DNA from: an uncultured Alphaproteobacteria bacterium
GTDB lineage: Bacteria; Pseudomonadota; Alphaproteobacteria; Rhizobiales; Xanthobacteraceae
Assembly: GCA_963775545.1 (NCBI GenBank)
Contig: CAVZJE010000013.1
Location: forward strand, 313,028-377,027
Length of the DNA: 64,000 bases
Direction: 5' to 3'
Shown here: positions 47,856 through 57,793 of the stretch, in pieces
How the letters are laid out: each line of letters starts with the position of its first letter
Numbering within the stretch: the stretch's first letter is position 1
Position numbers and translations under genes: made by a program
The notes under the pieces: model-generated
Database searches by the model: none
Seen by the model: only the letters and a program-made list of their open reading frames with translations
What the model was told of the DNA's origin: nothing

Positions 47856-48743
47856 TTACGTCGCCCGCCCCGTCAGTCCCGTTGGTTTCACCAGCAGCAC
47901 CAGCACCATGAGCGCGAATACGACGGTGTTGGATGCTTCCGGATAGAAATATTTCGTCAAGCCTTCGATCACGCCGAGCGCAAAGCCGGTGATGATCGAC
48001 CCCATGATCGAGCCCATGCCGCCGATCACCACGACCGCAAACACCACGATGATGATGTTCTCACCCATCAAGGGCCGGACTTGATTGATCGGCGCCGACA
48101 GCACACCGGCGAGCGCAGCGAGACCGACGCCCAGGCCATAGGTCAGCGTGATCATTCGCGGCACGTTGATGCCGAAGGCGCGTACCAGCGTCGGATTTTC
48201 CGTGGCCGCGCGCAAATAGGCGCCAAGCCGGGTGCGCTCGATCAGGTACCAGGTCGAAAGGCATACGACGAGCGAGAAGATCACCACCCACCCGCGATAG
48301 ACCGGCAGGAACATGAAGCCAAGATTCATGCCGCCCTGCAGCCCGTTGAAATTTCCGATTTTCGGATAATCCGGGATCGCATAGGGCAAGCCCGACGAAC
48401 CGAAATAGTTCTGGAAGACGCCCTGAACGATCAGCGCAATTCCGAAGGTCAGCAACAGGCCGTAAAGGTGATCGAGACCGGACAGCCATTTCAGCATGGT
48501 TCGCTCCAGAACCATGCCGAAAATGCCGACGATAATCGGCGCGATGATCAGCGCCCACCAATACCCGAGGCCCGTCAGATTGAGCAGGAAATAGGCGCAG
48601 AACGCTCCCATCATATAAAGCGCACCGTGCGCAAAATTGATGATGTTGAGCATGCCGAAGATCACGGCAAGCCCGAGACTGAGCAGCGCGTAGAACGAGC
48701 CGTTGATCAGTCCCACCAGTAGCTGTGCGAAAAGCGCTTGCAT
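47856..48743 (-). CDS. livH: Branched-chain amino acid ABC transporter permease (LivH-like)
   Basis: 295 aa starting MQALFAQLLVGLINGSFYALLSLGLAVIFG. Confidence 0.9.
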   Translation of the reverse strand: MQALFAQLLVGLINGSFYALLSLGLAVIFGMLNIINFAHGALYMMGAFCAYFLLNLTGLGYWWALIIAPIIVGIFGMVLERTMLKWLSGLDHLYGLLLTFGIALIVQGVFQNYFGSSGLPYAIPDYPKIGNFNGLQGGMNLGFMFLPVYRGWVVIFSLVVCLSTWYLIERTRLGAYLRAATENPTLVRAFGINVPRMITLTYGLGVGLAALAGVLSAPINQVRPLMGENIIIVVFAVVVIGGMGSIMGSIITGFALGVIEGLTKYFYPEASNTVVFALMVLVLLVKPTGLTGRAT

Positions 48744-48821
48744 CGGTTCTCTCGGCGCCTCGTTCGTTTCAATTCATGATCCTCGGGCGGCAATCGTGGC
48801 CGCCCGAGACGTCAAAACAGA

Positions 48822-50045
48822 TCATTTCTTCAGCAGGGGACAGGTGCTCTTGTCCAGCGGCGTAAAGGCTTCGCTCGCCGGAATTGTCGCCACGAGCTTG
48901 TAGTAGTCCCAGGGTCCCTTCGACTCCGCCGGCGTCTTGACCTCAAAGAGATACGCGGGATGAATCGTGCGGCCGTTCGGTTCGATGCTGCCCTTGCCGA
49001 ACAGCGGATCATCGGTCGGCATTTCCTTCATCTTCGCGACGACTTTGGCGCCGTCATGCGGGTTGCCGCCAAGGGCTTCGAGCGCTTTGAAGTAATGCAA
49101 CAGGCTTGAATACACGCCGGCATGGACCATGGTCGGCATGATGTGGTTCTTCATGCGCTCCTGGAAGCGCTTGGAAAAGGCCCGCGTACCGTCATTCATG
49201 TCCCAGTAGAACGTCTCGGTGAAGTTCAACCCTTGTGCCGCCTTCAAACCGAGCGCGTGGACATCGGTGATGAAGAGAAGCAATGCTGCGAGCTTCTGTC
49301 CGCTACCGGTGATGCCAAATTCGGCGGCCTGCTTGATCGAGTTGGTGGTGTCGGCACCGGCATTGGCAAGGCCGATGACCTTGGCCTTGGAGGCCTGCGC
49401 CTGCAGCAGGAAGGAGGAGAAATCAGCCGTACTGATCGGAGCCTTGACGCCGCCGAGCACCTTGCCGCCGACGGCCTCCACGGCCGCGGTGGTGTCGCGT
49501 TCCAGCGCCGCGCCGAACGCGTAGTCAGCGGTCACGAAAAACCAGGTGTTGCCGCCGCTCTTGGTCAGCGCCGTACCGGTACCGTGCGCGAGCGTATAGG
49601 TATCGTAACTCCAGTGAATCGTATTGGGAGTGCACTGCTTGTTGGTCAGATCGGATGAACCGGCTCCGGAATCGAGCAGGACGCCGTTCTTCTCCTTGAC
49701 GAGGTTCGAAACGGCGAGCGCTACACCGGAGTTGGGTACGTCGACAATGACGTCGACCTTGTCGACGTCGAACCACTGCCGCGCGATGTTGACGCCGACA
49801 TCCGGCTTGTTCTGGTGATCGCCGGAGATGATGTCGATCTTCCAGCCCTTGGCGGTCAGGCCGGAATCCTCGACCGCCATCTGCGCAGCAAGCGTGGACC
49901 CCGGGCCGCCGAGATCGGCATAGAGGCCGGATTGGTCGGACAGTGCGCCGATCTTGACGGTCTTGTCCTGGGCGCTTGCAAAGCCGGTGGCCGAGAGACT
50001 TACGGCCGTACCGAGCAACAGGCTTGCGAAAATTCTGGTCTTCAT
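48822..50045 (-). CDS. ABC transporter substrate-binding protein (LivK/Leu-Ile-Val-binding family)
   Basis: 407 aa. Signal peptide MKTRIFASLLLGTAVSLSATGFASA and a type-I periplasmic binding fold pattern. Confidence 0.85.
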   Translation of the reverse strand: MKTRIFASLLLGTAVSLSATGFASAQDKTVKIGALSDQSGLYADLGGPGSTLAAQMAVEDSGLTAKGWKIDIISGDHQNKPDVGVNIARQWFDVDKVDVIVDVPNSGVALAVSNLVKEKNGVLLDSGAGSSDLTNKQCTPNTIHWSYDTYTLAHGTGTALTKSGGNTWFFVTADYAFGAALERDTTAAVEAVGGKVLGGVKAPISTADFSSFLLQAQASKAKVIGLANAGADTTNSIKQAAEFGITGSGQKLAALLLFITDVHALGLKAAQGLNFTETFYWDMNDGTRAFSKRFQERMKNHIMPTMVHAGVYSSLLHYFKALEALGGNPHDGAKVVAKMKEMPTDDPLFGKGSIEPNGRTIHPAYLFEVKTPAESKGPWDYYKLVATIPASEAFTPLDKSTCPLLKK

Positions 50046-50075
50046 GATGGTCCCTCTTTGGATATCCCGTAGTTC

Positions 50076-50825
50076 TCAGACGCCGAGATAGGTGTGAAGC
50101 TTGTCCATATTGGCTTGCAGCTCCGCATTGGCGAAGCCGTCGATGATCTTGCCGTGTTCGACGATATAATAGCGATCGGCCACAGTCGCCGCGAAGCGGA
50201 AATTCTGCTCGACGAGCAGGATGGTAAAACCCTCGCTCTTGAGGCGTTTGATGGTCTGGCCGATTTGCTGGATGATGACGGGAGCAAGCCCTTCGGTCGG
50301 TTCGTCCAGCATCAGAAAGCGTGCGCCCGTACGCAGGATTCGAGCGATCGCCAGCATCTGCTGTTCGCCGCCCGACAACTTGGTACCCTGGCTGCTCAGC
50401 CTTTCCTTGAGATTGGGGAACAATTCGAAAATCTGGTCCAGCGAAAGACCGCCGCTGCGTATGCTCGGCGGCAGCAGAAGGTTTTCACGGACATCGAGAC
50501 TGGCGAAAATTCCGCGTTCCTCGGGGCAAAACGCGACACCCATACGCGCGATCTTGTCCGATGCGGCGCGGATGATCTCCTTGCCGTCGAAGCGGACCGA
50601 ACCGCTACGCTTGCCGATAATTCCCATCACCGATTTCAAGGTGCTCGTCTTGCCTGCGCCGTTACGGCCGAGCAGCGTCACCACCTCGCCCGGATTCACC
50701 TGGAAATTGATGCCGTGCAGAATATGAGACTCGCCATACCACGCTTCGAGGTTCTGCACCGACAGAATGGGCGCGCCGGAAGCGGACGGCGCTGCGGCGG
50801 CATTGGCCATCGTGACGTCAACCAT
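50076..50825 (-). CDS. livF: ABC transporter ATP-binding protein (LivF-like)
   Basis: 249 aa with GRNGAGKTS, LSGGEQQMLAIA and MLDEP. Confidence 0.9.
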   Translation of the reverse strand: MVDVTMANAAAAPSASGAPILSVQNLEAWYGESHILHGINFQVNPGEVVTLLGRNGAGKTSTLKSVMGIIGKRSGSVRFDGKEIIRAASDKIARMGVAFCPEERGIFASLDVRENLLLPPSIRSGGLSLDQIFELFPNLKERLSSQGTKLSGGEQQMLAIARILRTGARFLMLDEPTEGLAPVIIQQIGQTIKRLKSEGFTILLVEQNFRFAATVADRYYIVEHGKIIDGFANAELQANMDKLHTYLGV

Positions 50826-51573
50826 GGCCTGCTCCCAGATAGGCTTCCTTCACGCGCGGATCCTTCGACAGATCGGCATAAGTACCTTCCGCCAGCACGT
50901 AACCGCGCGTCAGCACGGTAATGATATCGGACAGGTTGGCGACCACACTGAGATTATGTTCTACCATCAGGATGGTATACTTCGCGGAGATGCGCTTGAT
51001 CAGCGCGGCGATCTTGTCGATGTCCTCGTGGCCCATCCCCGCCATCGGCTCATCGAGCAGCATCATTTCGGGATCGAGCGCGAGCGTGGTGGCGATTTCG
51101 AGCGCGCGCTTGCGGCCGTAGGGCATTTCGACCGCGGGCGTCTTGGCGAACTCGCTCAGGCCGACATCGTCGAGCAATTCCAGTGCGCGGGCGTTGAAGC
51201 GGTCGAGCACGGCCTTGGAACGCCAGAAATCAAAGGACTGCCCGTGCTGACGCTGGAGCGCGACGCGCACATTCTCCAGCGCCGTCAGATGCGGAAATAC
51301 CGCCGAGATCTGAAACGAACGCACGAGGCCAAGCCGCGCCACGTCGGCCGGCGCCATCGCGGTGATGTCCTGCCCCTTGTAAAGGATCTGGCCCGCCGAC
51401 GGCTTCAGAAACTTGGTGAGCAGATTGAAACAGGTTGTCTTGCCGGCCCCGTTAGGGCCAATCAAGGCGTGAATACTGCCGCGCCGCACCTTCAGGCCAA
51501 CGTCGCGGACGGCAAGAAATCCCGCGAATTCCTTGGTCAATCCGTGGGTTTCGAGAATGAACTCATCCGCCAA
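50818..51573 (-). CDS. livG: ABC transporter ATP-binding protein (LivG-like)
   Basis: 251 aa with GPNGAGKTT, a signature-like YGRKRALEIA, and LLDEP. Overlaps livF by 8 nt. Confidence 0.9.
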   Translation of the reverse strand: MADEFILETHGLTKEFAGFLAVRDVGLKVRRGSIHALIGPNGAGKTTCFNLLTKFLKPSAGQILYKGQDITAMAPADVARLGLVRSFQISAVFPHLTALENVRVALQRQHGQSFDFWRSKAVLDRFNARALELLDDVGLSEFAKTPAVEMPYGRKRALEIATTLALDPEMMLLDEPMAGMGHEDIDKIAALIKRISAKYTILMVEHNLSVVANLSDIITVLTRGYVLAEGTYADLSKDPRVKEAYLGAGHG

Positions 51574-51826
51574 TCAAATTCCCCCGCGAGCCATCGCCGC
51601 GACATCCCGGGTCGCGCGTAGCCGATCTTTTCCTTACGTCGGATTCCCCCAGGATGCCTGAAAATGCCGCGTCTTGGTTCGCGTGCTGAATTCGTCCTGG
51701 GACCCGCCGCCTCCGGGGCGGAATATGCCGTCAACGGCCCTCGTTGTGCAAGGCGGAAAGCGGTACGAAGCACGTCAGGCCCTTGATAATTGGCCATTAG
51801 TCGAATGTTCCGTCCGGCAAATCGCC

Positions 51827-52561
51827 ATGGTTGAAAGCTCTCCGATGCTCGTTTGGAAAGCAGTCGTTAACGCTATTTGGTCGCCCTCGAACCTCCTTCA
51901 CCAAATGTTTTCGCCTTGGTCCGAAAGTTCGGTGTTTTCATCAAGATCGGACTTTTGGACCTTGGATTTCGAGAGCGCCAACCCGACGGTCGTCAAATCG
52001 ATCAAGCAGCGTGATCTGCTGAACACGTGGCTGCGGCTTTATGCCCCTGCACAGCGCGTGCCGCGCAAGGCGGACTTTCAGCCTGCCCGGATCGAAGATG
52101 AACTCCCCGACCTGGTTTATATGACGGTCGAAAGCATAACCCCGCCGCGCCTCCTCATCGACAGCGACGGCACCCGCATGTCGATGGCCTACGGCCATAC
52201 CGGCAGAGGCCGGTATCTCGACGAATATCTTGGAACGCGGCTGACGCCGATCGTCTTGCCGGTCTACCAGCGATGCCTGGAACGCGCCCTCCCCGTTTAC
52301 ACCGTCTCCCATGTCGACGACGCGAGCGGACGCATCGTGGCCTATGAACGCCTGTTGTTGCCGTTCTCGGACTCCGAAGGCGTCACACACGTGATTGCGT
52401 CCCTGAAAACGATCAGCGAAGACGGCGGTTTCGAAATCAGGAATCTGATGCGCGGCAACGATGCGCTACCGACGGCAAAACTTCGCGCGGTGATCGACCG
52501 CGAACTGTTCCACCGCACGCTCGGCCGAATTCCATCCGCCGATGTGATCGAGTTCAGCTAA
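51827..52561 (+). CDS. Conserved hypothetical, PAS-like fold protein (COG5388-type, as I recall it)
   Basis: ORF 51674..52561. The start is uncertain, with ATGs at 51827, 51845 and 51905. The core LLNTWLRLYAPAQRVPRKADFQPARIEDELPDLVYMTVE...YERLLLPFSD resembles small alphaproteobacterial PAS-like proteins. Confidence 0.5.
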   Translation: MVESSPMLVWKAVVNAIWSPSNLLHQMFSPWSESSVFSSRSDFWTLDFESANPTVVKSIKQRDLLNTWLRLYAPAQRVPRKADFQPARIEDELPDLVYMTVESITPPRLLIDSDGTRMSMAYGHTGRGRYLDEYLGTRLTPIVLPVYQRCLERALPVYTVSHVDDASGRIVAYERLLLPFSDSEGVTHVIASLKTISEDGGFEIRNLMRGNDALPTAKLRAVIDRELFHRTLGRIPSADVIEFS

Positions 52562-52572
52562 ACCCATCTGCT

Positions 52573-52950
52573 TCAGGCGCGCCCGCGTTTGCCGGAGGCG
52601 CCAACTTCCTTCGCATAGACCTCCGGCTTGAAGCCGACCAGCAACTTGCCGCCGACATCGAGCACCGGCCGCTTGATCATCGAGGGCTGTTCCAGCATCA
52701 GCGCCATCGCCTTGCGTTCGTTCAGCCCTTCCTTGTCGGCGTCGGGCAATTTGCGAAACGTGGTGCCAGCACGATTGAGCAGAGTTTCCCAACCGACTTC
52801 ACCGGCCCAGGCCTTCAGCTTTTCCTTGGGCGAGCCCGCGACCTTGTAATCGTGGAATTCGTAAGCGACGCCATGGCCATCGAGCCAGGCCCGCGCCTTT
52901 TTCATCGTGTCACAGTTCTTGATGCCGTAGATGGTGATCGGCTTCGTCAT
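52573..52950 (-). CDS. ArsC/Spx-family reductase-like protein (YffB-type)
   Basis: ORF 52573..52971, start MTKPITIYGIKNCDTMKKARAWL at 52950. Confidence 0.8.
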   Translation of the reverse strand: MTKPITIYGIKNCDTMKKARAWLDGHGVAYEFHDYKVAGSPKEKLKAWAGEVGWETLLNRAGTTFRKLPDADKEGLNERKAMALMLEQPSMIKRPVLDVGGKLLVGFKPEVYAKEVGASGKRGRA

Positions 52951-52960
52951 CTGGATTGCC

Positions 52961-54292
52961 TCACTTCGCATATTTGTCGAAGGCGCTGAGGACCGCGAGC
53001 GTCATCGCCTCAACACCGGTCTCGATCGTTGGCTTCGGCACCGGCGCGAACTGCGGTGAGTGATTGGACGGCAGTTGCGGACCTGTTCCGTTGAAAGCCG
53101 CAGCCACCCGCTCCGGCTCGTAGACTCCGATATTGAAGAACATCGAGGGCACACCGGCATCGATGAATTCGGAGAAGTCTTCACTCGCCGTCACCGGCGG
53201 CGACGTTGCGATCTTGTCGCCGAAGGCTACCTTCAGCACCTTCGCCGCGGTCTCGACCACTCCAGCATCGTTCATGACCGCTTTGGCGCCCTCGGTGAAG
53301 GTGATGTCGGGCTCCGGCGCGCCCGACATGGCGGCGGCCGCCTTTGCCGTTCGCTCGATCCCCGCCAGCATCTTGGCGCGGACTTCCGGCTTGAAGGTGC
53401 GGATGGTCCCACGCAGCATGACTTGATCCGGAATGATGTTGTGGGCGGTGCCGGCGTGAATGGCGCCGATGCTGAAGACGCCGAACTCGGTCGGGTCCTT
53501 TTCACGGCTGATCACGCTTTGCACATCGATGATGAAGCGCGCCGCGATCATCACGGGATCGATGGTCCGCTGTGGCGACGCGCCGTGGCCACCGCGGCCG
53601 TGGAATGTGAGGTCGAGGCTGTCCGAGTTCGATGAACCAACGCCCGTGCGATAACTGAGCGTGCCATAAGCGAAGGGCCCGTCGTGCAAGGCAAAGCCGA
53701 AATCCGGCTTTTTGAATCGCGTGAACAGACCGTCCGCAATCATCGCCTTGGCGCCGGAGACCGTCTCCTCGGCCGGCTGGGCGATGAACATCAGCGTGCC
53801 CCGCCACCGATCCTTCAAACCAACCAGCGTTTTGGCCGTCCCGACCCAGGTCGCCATATGAATATCGTGGCCGCAGCTATGGTCGACGAAGGTCTCCTGC
53901 CCATTCCAGTCGGTCTTGTCGTGGCTTGCATAGGGAAGCCCGGTCTTTTCCTCCATCGGCAACGCGTCGAGTTCGGTCCGCACCAGGATAGTGGGGCCTT
54001 CGCCATTCTTGTAGATCGCGACAAGGCCGGTCTTGCCGACCTTCTCGGTCACCTCGAAGCCGAGGGCGCGCATCTCAGCAGCGAGCTTCGCCGCCGTTTT
54101 CACTTCCTGAAAGGCCACTTCCGGATGGGCGTGAATATCCTTGTAGAGCGCATCAAGTTTCGGATAGTCGGCTTCCACCGAAGTTTCGATCGAGGTCTTG
54201 AGCTTGGCAACATCGAGTTCGGCGCGCGCGGGAACGGTCGCTGCAAGACATAGCCCCGCAGACATCAACATCGACCTGGTAAATCCGTTCAT
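52961..54292 (-). CDS. Periplasmic M20-family amidohydrolase (hippurate hydrolase/aminoacylase-like)
   Basis: ORF 52961..54445. ATG 54292 has AAGGAG upstream. Signal peptide MNGFTRSMLMSAGLCLAATVPARA. Motifs HAHPE, RTELDALP and CGHDIH. Confidence 0.8.
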   Translation of the reverse strand: MNGFTRSMLMSAGLCLAATVPARAELDVAKLKTSIETSVEADYPKLDALYKDIHAHPEVAFQEVKTAAKLAAEMRALGFEVTEKVGKTGLVAIYKNGEGPTILVRTELDALPMEEKTGLPYASHDKTDWNGQETFVDHSCGHDIHMATWVGTAKTLVGLKDRWRGTLMFIAQPAEETVSGAKAMIADGLFTRFKKPDFGFALHDGPFAYGTLSYRTGVGSSNSDSLDLTFHGRGGHGASPQRTIDPVMIAARFIIDVQSVISREKDPTEFGVFSIGAIHAGTAHNIIPDQVMLRGTIRTFKPEVRAKMLAGIERTAKAAAAMSGAPEPDITFTEGAKAVMNDAGVVETAAKVLKVAFGDKIATSPPVTASEDFSEFIDAGVPSMFFNIGVYEPERVAAAFNGTGPQLPSNHSPQFAPVPKPTIETGVEAMTLAVLSAFDKYAK

Positions 54293-54473
54293 GGCAGTGC
54301 TCCTTGTTCTTATGGCCAGCCGCAGTAAGGGCTCGACTTCATTTCGAAGCGTGGGCAAGGTTCTGGAGAGCGCCAAGTATGCGCATTCGTTCCCGCGGCG
54401 CAAGACGCGTCCTCCCTGCCTACGTGCAAATGAAAGAGCGTACAAATTCGTCCCCTACAGGCGCATCAACCGG

Positions 54474-55232
54474 CTAAATGGCTCTGTTCGTCACCCGCCG
54501 CCACGCCAACACCGCGCCGGTGAGACTGAAGGCAAGACCGCAGACGCAAAGCCCGACGATCGCGCCCGCGCGCAGCCCGGGGTGCGACGCCAGCGGAGGA
54601 AAGTCGAGTGTGTGCATCATTCGGAAAAGCTCGTCGCTGTGGCCGAACAGGCCGTCATTCATCGACAGGAAGCCGGAAAAAATCCAGGAGAGGAGGAATG
54701 GCGCTGCGATCAGGCCCGAGAGGTGGTGCCATCGCTGCAATCCCCGATAAGTCGGCCCGGTGCCAAGCCGGACCAGCCCGAGGAATACACCGAGCGCGGC
54801 CCCGATGGTGGCCAGCAGTGACAGCGACCACATCAACCAGCTCCAGGCTTTCGCGTGATGGCGCAGTGCGGTCGGATAAAGCCAGTGCGCGACGCTGCCA
54901 GCATAATTCAGCAGGCGCTGATCACGTGTCGTGATGAGAACGGCCTTCCGCGACGTTGCGGACACGTAGACTTCCGTGCCCGCGGCGTCGTTCAGCGCGA
55001 TGCGATTGAGCGGGCGATCGGAATCGAAATTTCCCGCGACCGTCCATTGATCGTAGTCGATCTGCTCCGCCGTCACGCGGGACATATCCATGCCGCTTGG
55101 CAAGGTTTGCTCGTGGCGCGTCGGGAACGGCACGAAGTGCATGACGATGCCCGACGCGAACCACATTGCAAAGAAGAGGCAGAATGCGAGACCCCACCAG
55201 CGATGAAGACTTGCGAGGACGCCCATGCCCAT
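54474..55232 (-). CDS. PepSY-associated TM helix membrane protein (PiuB-like)
   Basis: 252 aa with LHRWWGL and QRWHHLSGL motifs and 4 TM segments. Starts 3 nt after the receptor stop. Confidence 0.7.
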   Translation of the reverse strand: MGMGVLASLHRWWGLAFCLFFAMWFASGIVMHFVPFPTRHEQTLPSGMDMSRVTAEQIDYDQWTVAGNFDSDRPLNRIALNDAAGTEVYVSATSRKAVLITTRDQRLLNYAGSVAHWLYPTALRHHAKAWSWLMWSLSLLATIGAALGVFLGLVRLGTGPTYRGLQRWHHLSGLIAAPFLLSWIFSGFLSMNDGLFGHSDELFRMMHTLDFPPLASHPGLRAGAIVGLCVCGLAFSLTGAVLAWRRVTNRAI

Positions 55233-55235
55233 GCT

Positions 55236-57656
55236 TCACCACTTCGCCGAGGCTGACAGCTCGAACGTCCGCGGAGCACCCAGCAGGACCTGATTGGGCA
55301 GGCCCGGATCGGAGAATTGGGCATAAAGCGCGTTCGTCAGATTTCGCACGCGGAACATCAGGCGCATCTTGTCCAGCCCCTGCCATGGCAAGTCCCGGCC
55401 CGGGATGTCGACAAAGGCGAAGAGATCGGCGGTCGTGTAAGGCAGCATCACCGTCATGTCATCCTCGAATAGATAGCGCGCCCCGACGTGCCGTATTGAT
55501 CCGCCAATCTCGGTTGGCCAGCGCCAGCTATCGAACCGGTAGGACGCGCCGGCATTGACAATCACCGGAGCGACGTTTGACGGCGTGTTGCCGGTCCAGA
55601 CATCGAAATTGCCGTATTTCGAGTCCATCAGAGCAACGTTGCCCCAGATTTTCACATTGTCGATCGGATGCACGGCCGCCGCGAATTCGATGCCCTGGGT
55701 ATGGACATCGCCTGCCAGCGTCGCAACGTTATTGGTTATCTGCACATAGACGTTCTGCCGATCGATATCATAGACCGAGATTGTCGCTTCGGCTCGCTTG
55801 TCATCCGTGATCACCTTCGCGCCGGCTTCGTAGATGCGCGCGCTGGTCAGCGCCAGCGACGTTCCCGGCGCCAGCGAGAAGATGCCGGCCGCAGCCGGGT
55901 CATACGCGGTGGCATACATGCCGTAGATCATGAGCCCCTTGAGGGGTTCGAAAACGGCAGCGGCGCGGTAAGACACCGGTTTCCAGTCGGTGGTAAAGGG
56001 TTGGCCGTCCGGAATCGTGCCATCGAAATTGCTGCCGCTGCGCGACAACGAGAAGTCGTCGGCGCGAACACCGCCGATCAAGGAAAGCCACGGCGTGATT
56101 TTCAAACGGTCTTCGACGGATAGAGCGACGGTGTCGAGCGTGTTGTAGCGGGTATCCGGGAACATCATGCCATAGGTGCCCGGCGACGGATTAACCACCG
56201 ACACGGTGTCGAACGGGAATGAATTTGGATTACCTTCCTCTGTGAAAGTGATCTTGTTCTGGCTGACCTGGAATTGCGTCGCGAAACGGTTCTCCATTCC
56301 GTAAAACGACGTATTCCAGTTGAAGTCGATGTTGTTGCCGATGACCTGCTGGTCGTGGGTCACGAAGAAACGGTCACGGTCGATCGCGTTCTCATCGGGA
56401 TTGAACGCATAGGTCTCGCTGTCGAACCAGTGCCGCTGGGCCGTATAAACATAGGCCTGATCCTTGACGGTCATCTGATTGTTGATTGCCAACTCAAACC
56501 CGCTGCGCAGCCAAAGCTCCTGCGCGCCGGTGGAATTGTCGGCGACGTTGTAGTTGGTCGTGGTCGTCCGCGAGTCCACGGTCACACCGGAAATGAGTGC
56601 ATTGGTAGTATTGCCGAACGCATTGATCATCGATCCCGCGACCACGCCGCCGGTCGAGAACGGTCCGGAGAACGCCGTCGTCGTCAGCGGCGTACCCCAA
56701 TAAGCGTGGCCCTCGTCGCGCTTGTAGTCGATCGCCACGAACACCTTGAAGTCGTCGGTGACGCGATAATTGAGCTGCCCGGACACGTTGCCGAGCTGCT
56801 GATAATCGCCATCAATGAAGCTGTTGATCTTCGAGGAGCTCACGTCGAAGCGGTAGTCTAGCCCGGAGATGTTGGTGCTGCCACCCGAGCCGTAATGCGT
56901 GCGGTAGGTGCCGAGCGAATTGAAGGACGCGTCGAGTTCGTTCTGGATCGGACCCGTGGTCGGCTGCCGCGAGACGTAATTGACGGAGCCGCCGATCGCG
57001 TTCAGGCCGGTCATCAGCGACGACGGGCCTTTCAGAAATTCGACCTGTTGGAGATTGGCCGTCTCCATCACACGCGAGGTGATGTCTCCGGGGCCGACCC
57101 AGATTCCATTATACAACACATTCACTTCACCGAACGAAAAGCCGCGCATCGAAAAGCTTGCCGGCGCGCCGCCCGCGTCCCCTGCAAGGACGCCGACCGC
57201 GCCCTGCGCGGTCTCCGTGGTGGTACGATAGCCCTGCTCCTGCATCTGCTGCTGGCTGATGACTTCGACGGTTGCCGGCGTTTCGTGGACAGTGAGCCCG
57301 AGCCGATTCGTGCTTGTCGCCACGACATTGGAGTTGAGCGGCGTCGGCTGCTCCGAATTGGAAATCGGCTGCGGCGGTTTCGGCAATGTCTGCCGCGCTG
57401 CGCGTTTCGCGCGCTTCGGTACGCCCTGCGGGCGGTTGCCGGCAGGTGCAGCAGTCCCGCGTGGCGTCGCGGGAGCGACGGTGACGGGGTCAAGCGTTTG
57501 CGAGGTCTGCGCCGAAGCGGGTCTTGGCACATCGAAGAAGGCCAGAAGCACCCCAAGCGGGAGAGCGGAGCCCGACAACCAGCGATGGTTTAGAGAGATC
57601 GAGTGAAAAACGCGCGCACGACCACGCCCGGGTGCGCCAGAGATTTTATAAATCAC
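55236..57656 (-). CDS. TonB-dependent outer membrane receptor (corrinoid-regulated)
   Basis: 806 aa with a GTG start. Long signal peptide ending PRPASAQ, TonB-box-like DPVTVAP, a ~70-aa low-complexity linker, a plug (FSMRGF, VEFLKGPSS), a barrel, and a terminal aromatic residue (SASAKW). Preceded by a cobalamin riboswitch. Confidence 0.9.
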   Translation of the reverse strand: MIYKISGAPGRGRARVFHSISLNHRWLSGSALPLGVLLAFFDVPRPASAQTSQTLDPVTVAPATPRGTAAPAGNRPQGVPKRAKRAARQTLPKPPQPISNSEQPTPLNSNVVATSTNRLGLTVHETPATVEVISQQQMQEQGYRTTTETAQGAVGVLAGDAGGAPASFSMRGFSFGEVNVLYNGIWVGPGDITSRVMETANLQQVEFLKGPSSLMTGLNAIGGSVNYVSRQPTTGPIQNELDASFNSLGTYRTHYGSGGSTNISGLDYRFDVSSSKINSFIDGDYQQLGNVSGQLNYRVTDDFKVFVAIDYKRDEGHAYWGTPLTTTAFSGPFSTGGVVAGSMINAFGNTTNALISGVTVDSRTTTTNYNVADNSTGAQELWLRSGFELAINNQMTVKDQAYVYTAQRHWFDSETYAFNPDENAIDRDRFFVTHDQQVIGNNIDFNWNTSFYGMENRFATQFQVSQNKITFTEEGNPNSFPFDTVSVVNPSPGTYGMMFPDTRYNTLDTVALSVEDRLKITPWLSLIGGVRADDFSLSRSGSNFDGTIPDGQPFTTDWKPVSYRAAAVFEPLKGLMIYGMYATAYDPAAAGIFSLAPGTSLALTSARIYEAGAKVITDDKRAEATISVYDIDRQNVYVQITNNVATLAGDVHTQGIEFAAAVHPIDNVKIWGNVALMDSKYGNFDVWTGNTPSNVAPVIVNAGASYRFDSWRWPTEIGGSIRHVGARYLFEDDMTVMLPYTTADLFAFVDIPGRDLPWQGLDKMRLMFRVRNLTNALYAQFSDPGLPNQVLLGAPRTFELSASAKW

Positions 57657-57793
57657 GATGATAACCGACGGCGAACAATAAAGCCGTCACGTACGTTGCC
57701 GATTAATGTCTGCCCTTCGCCCCTATTGGCAGATCACAACCGGCTCTTGCAACGCCTCGGAGCACCCCGCCCGACGCGTTTGTACGTAACAAC

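Noticed and set aside
57657-57700. An AT-rich stretch (gattttataaatcacgatgataacc) at the receptor start as a Fur/Irr/RirA iron box.
   Set aside because: It has only loose similarity to a Fur box and no 19-bp dyad. It partly overlaps the start codon, and regulation is already explained by the riboswitch.
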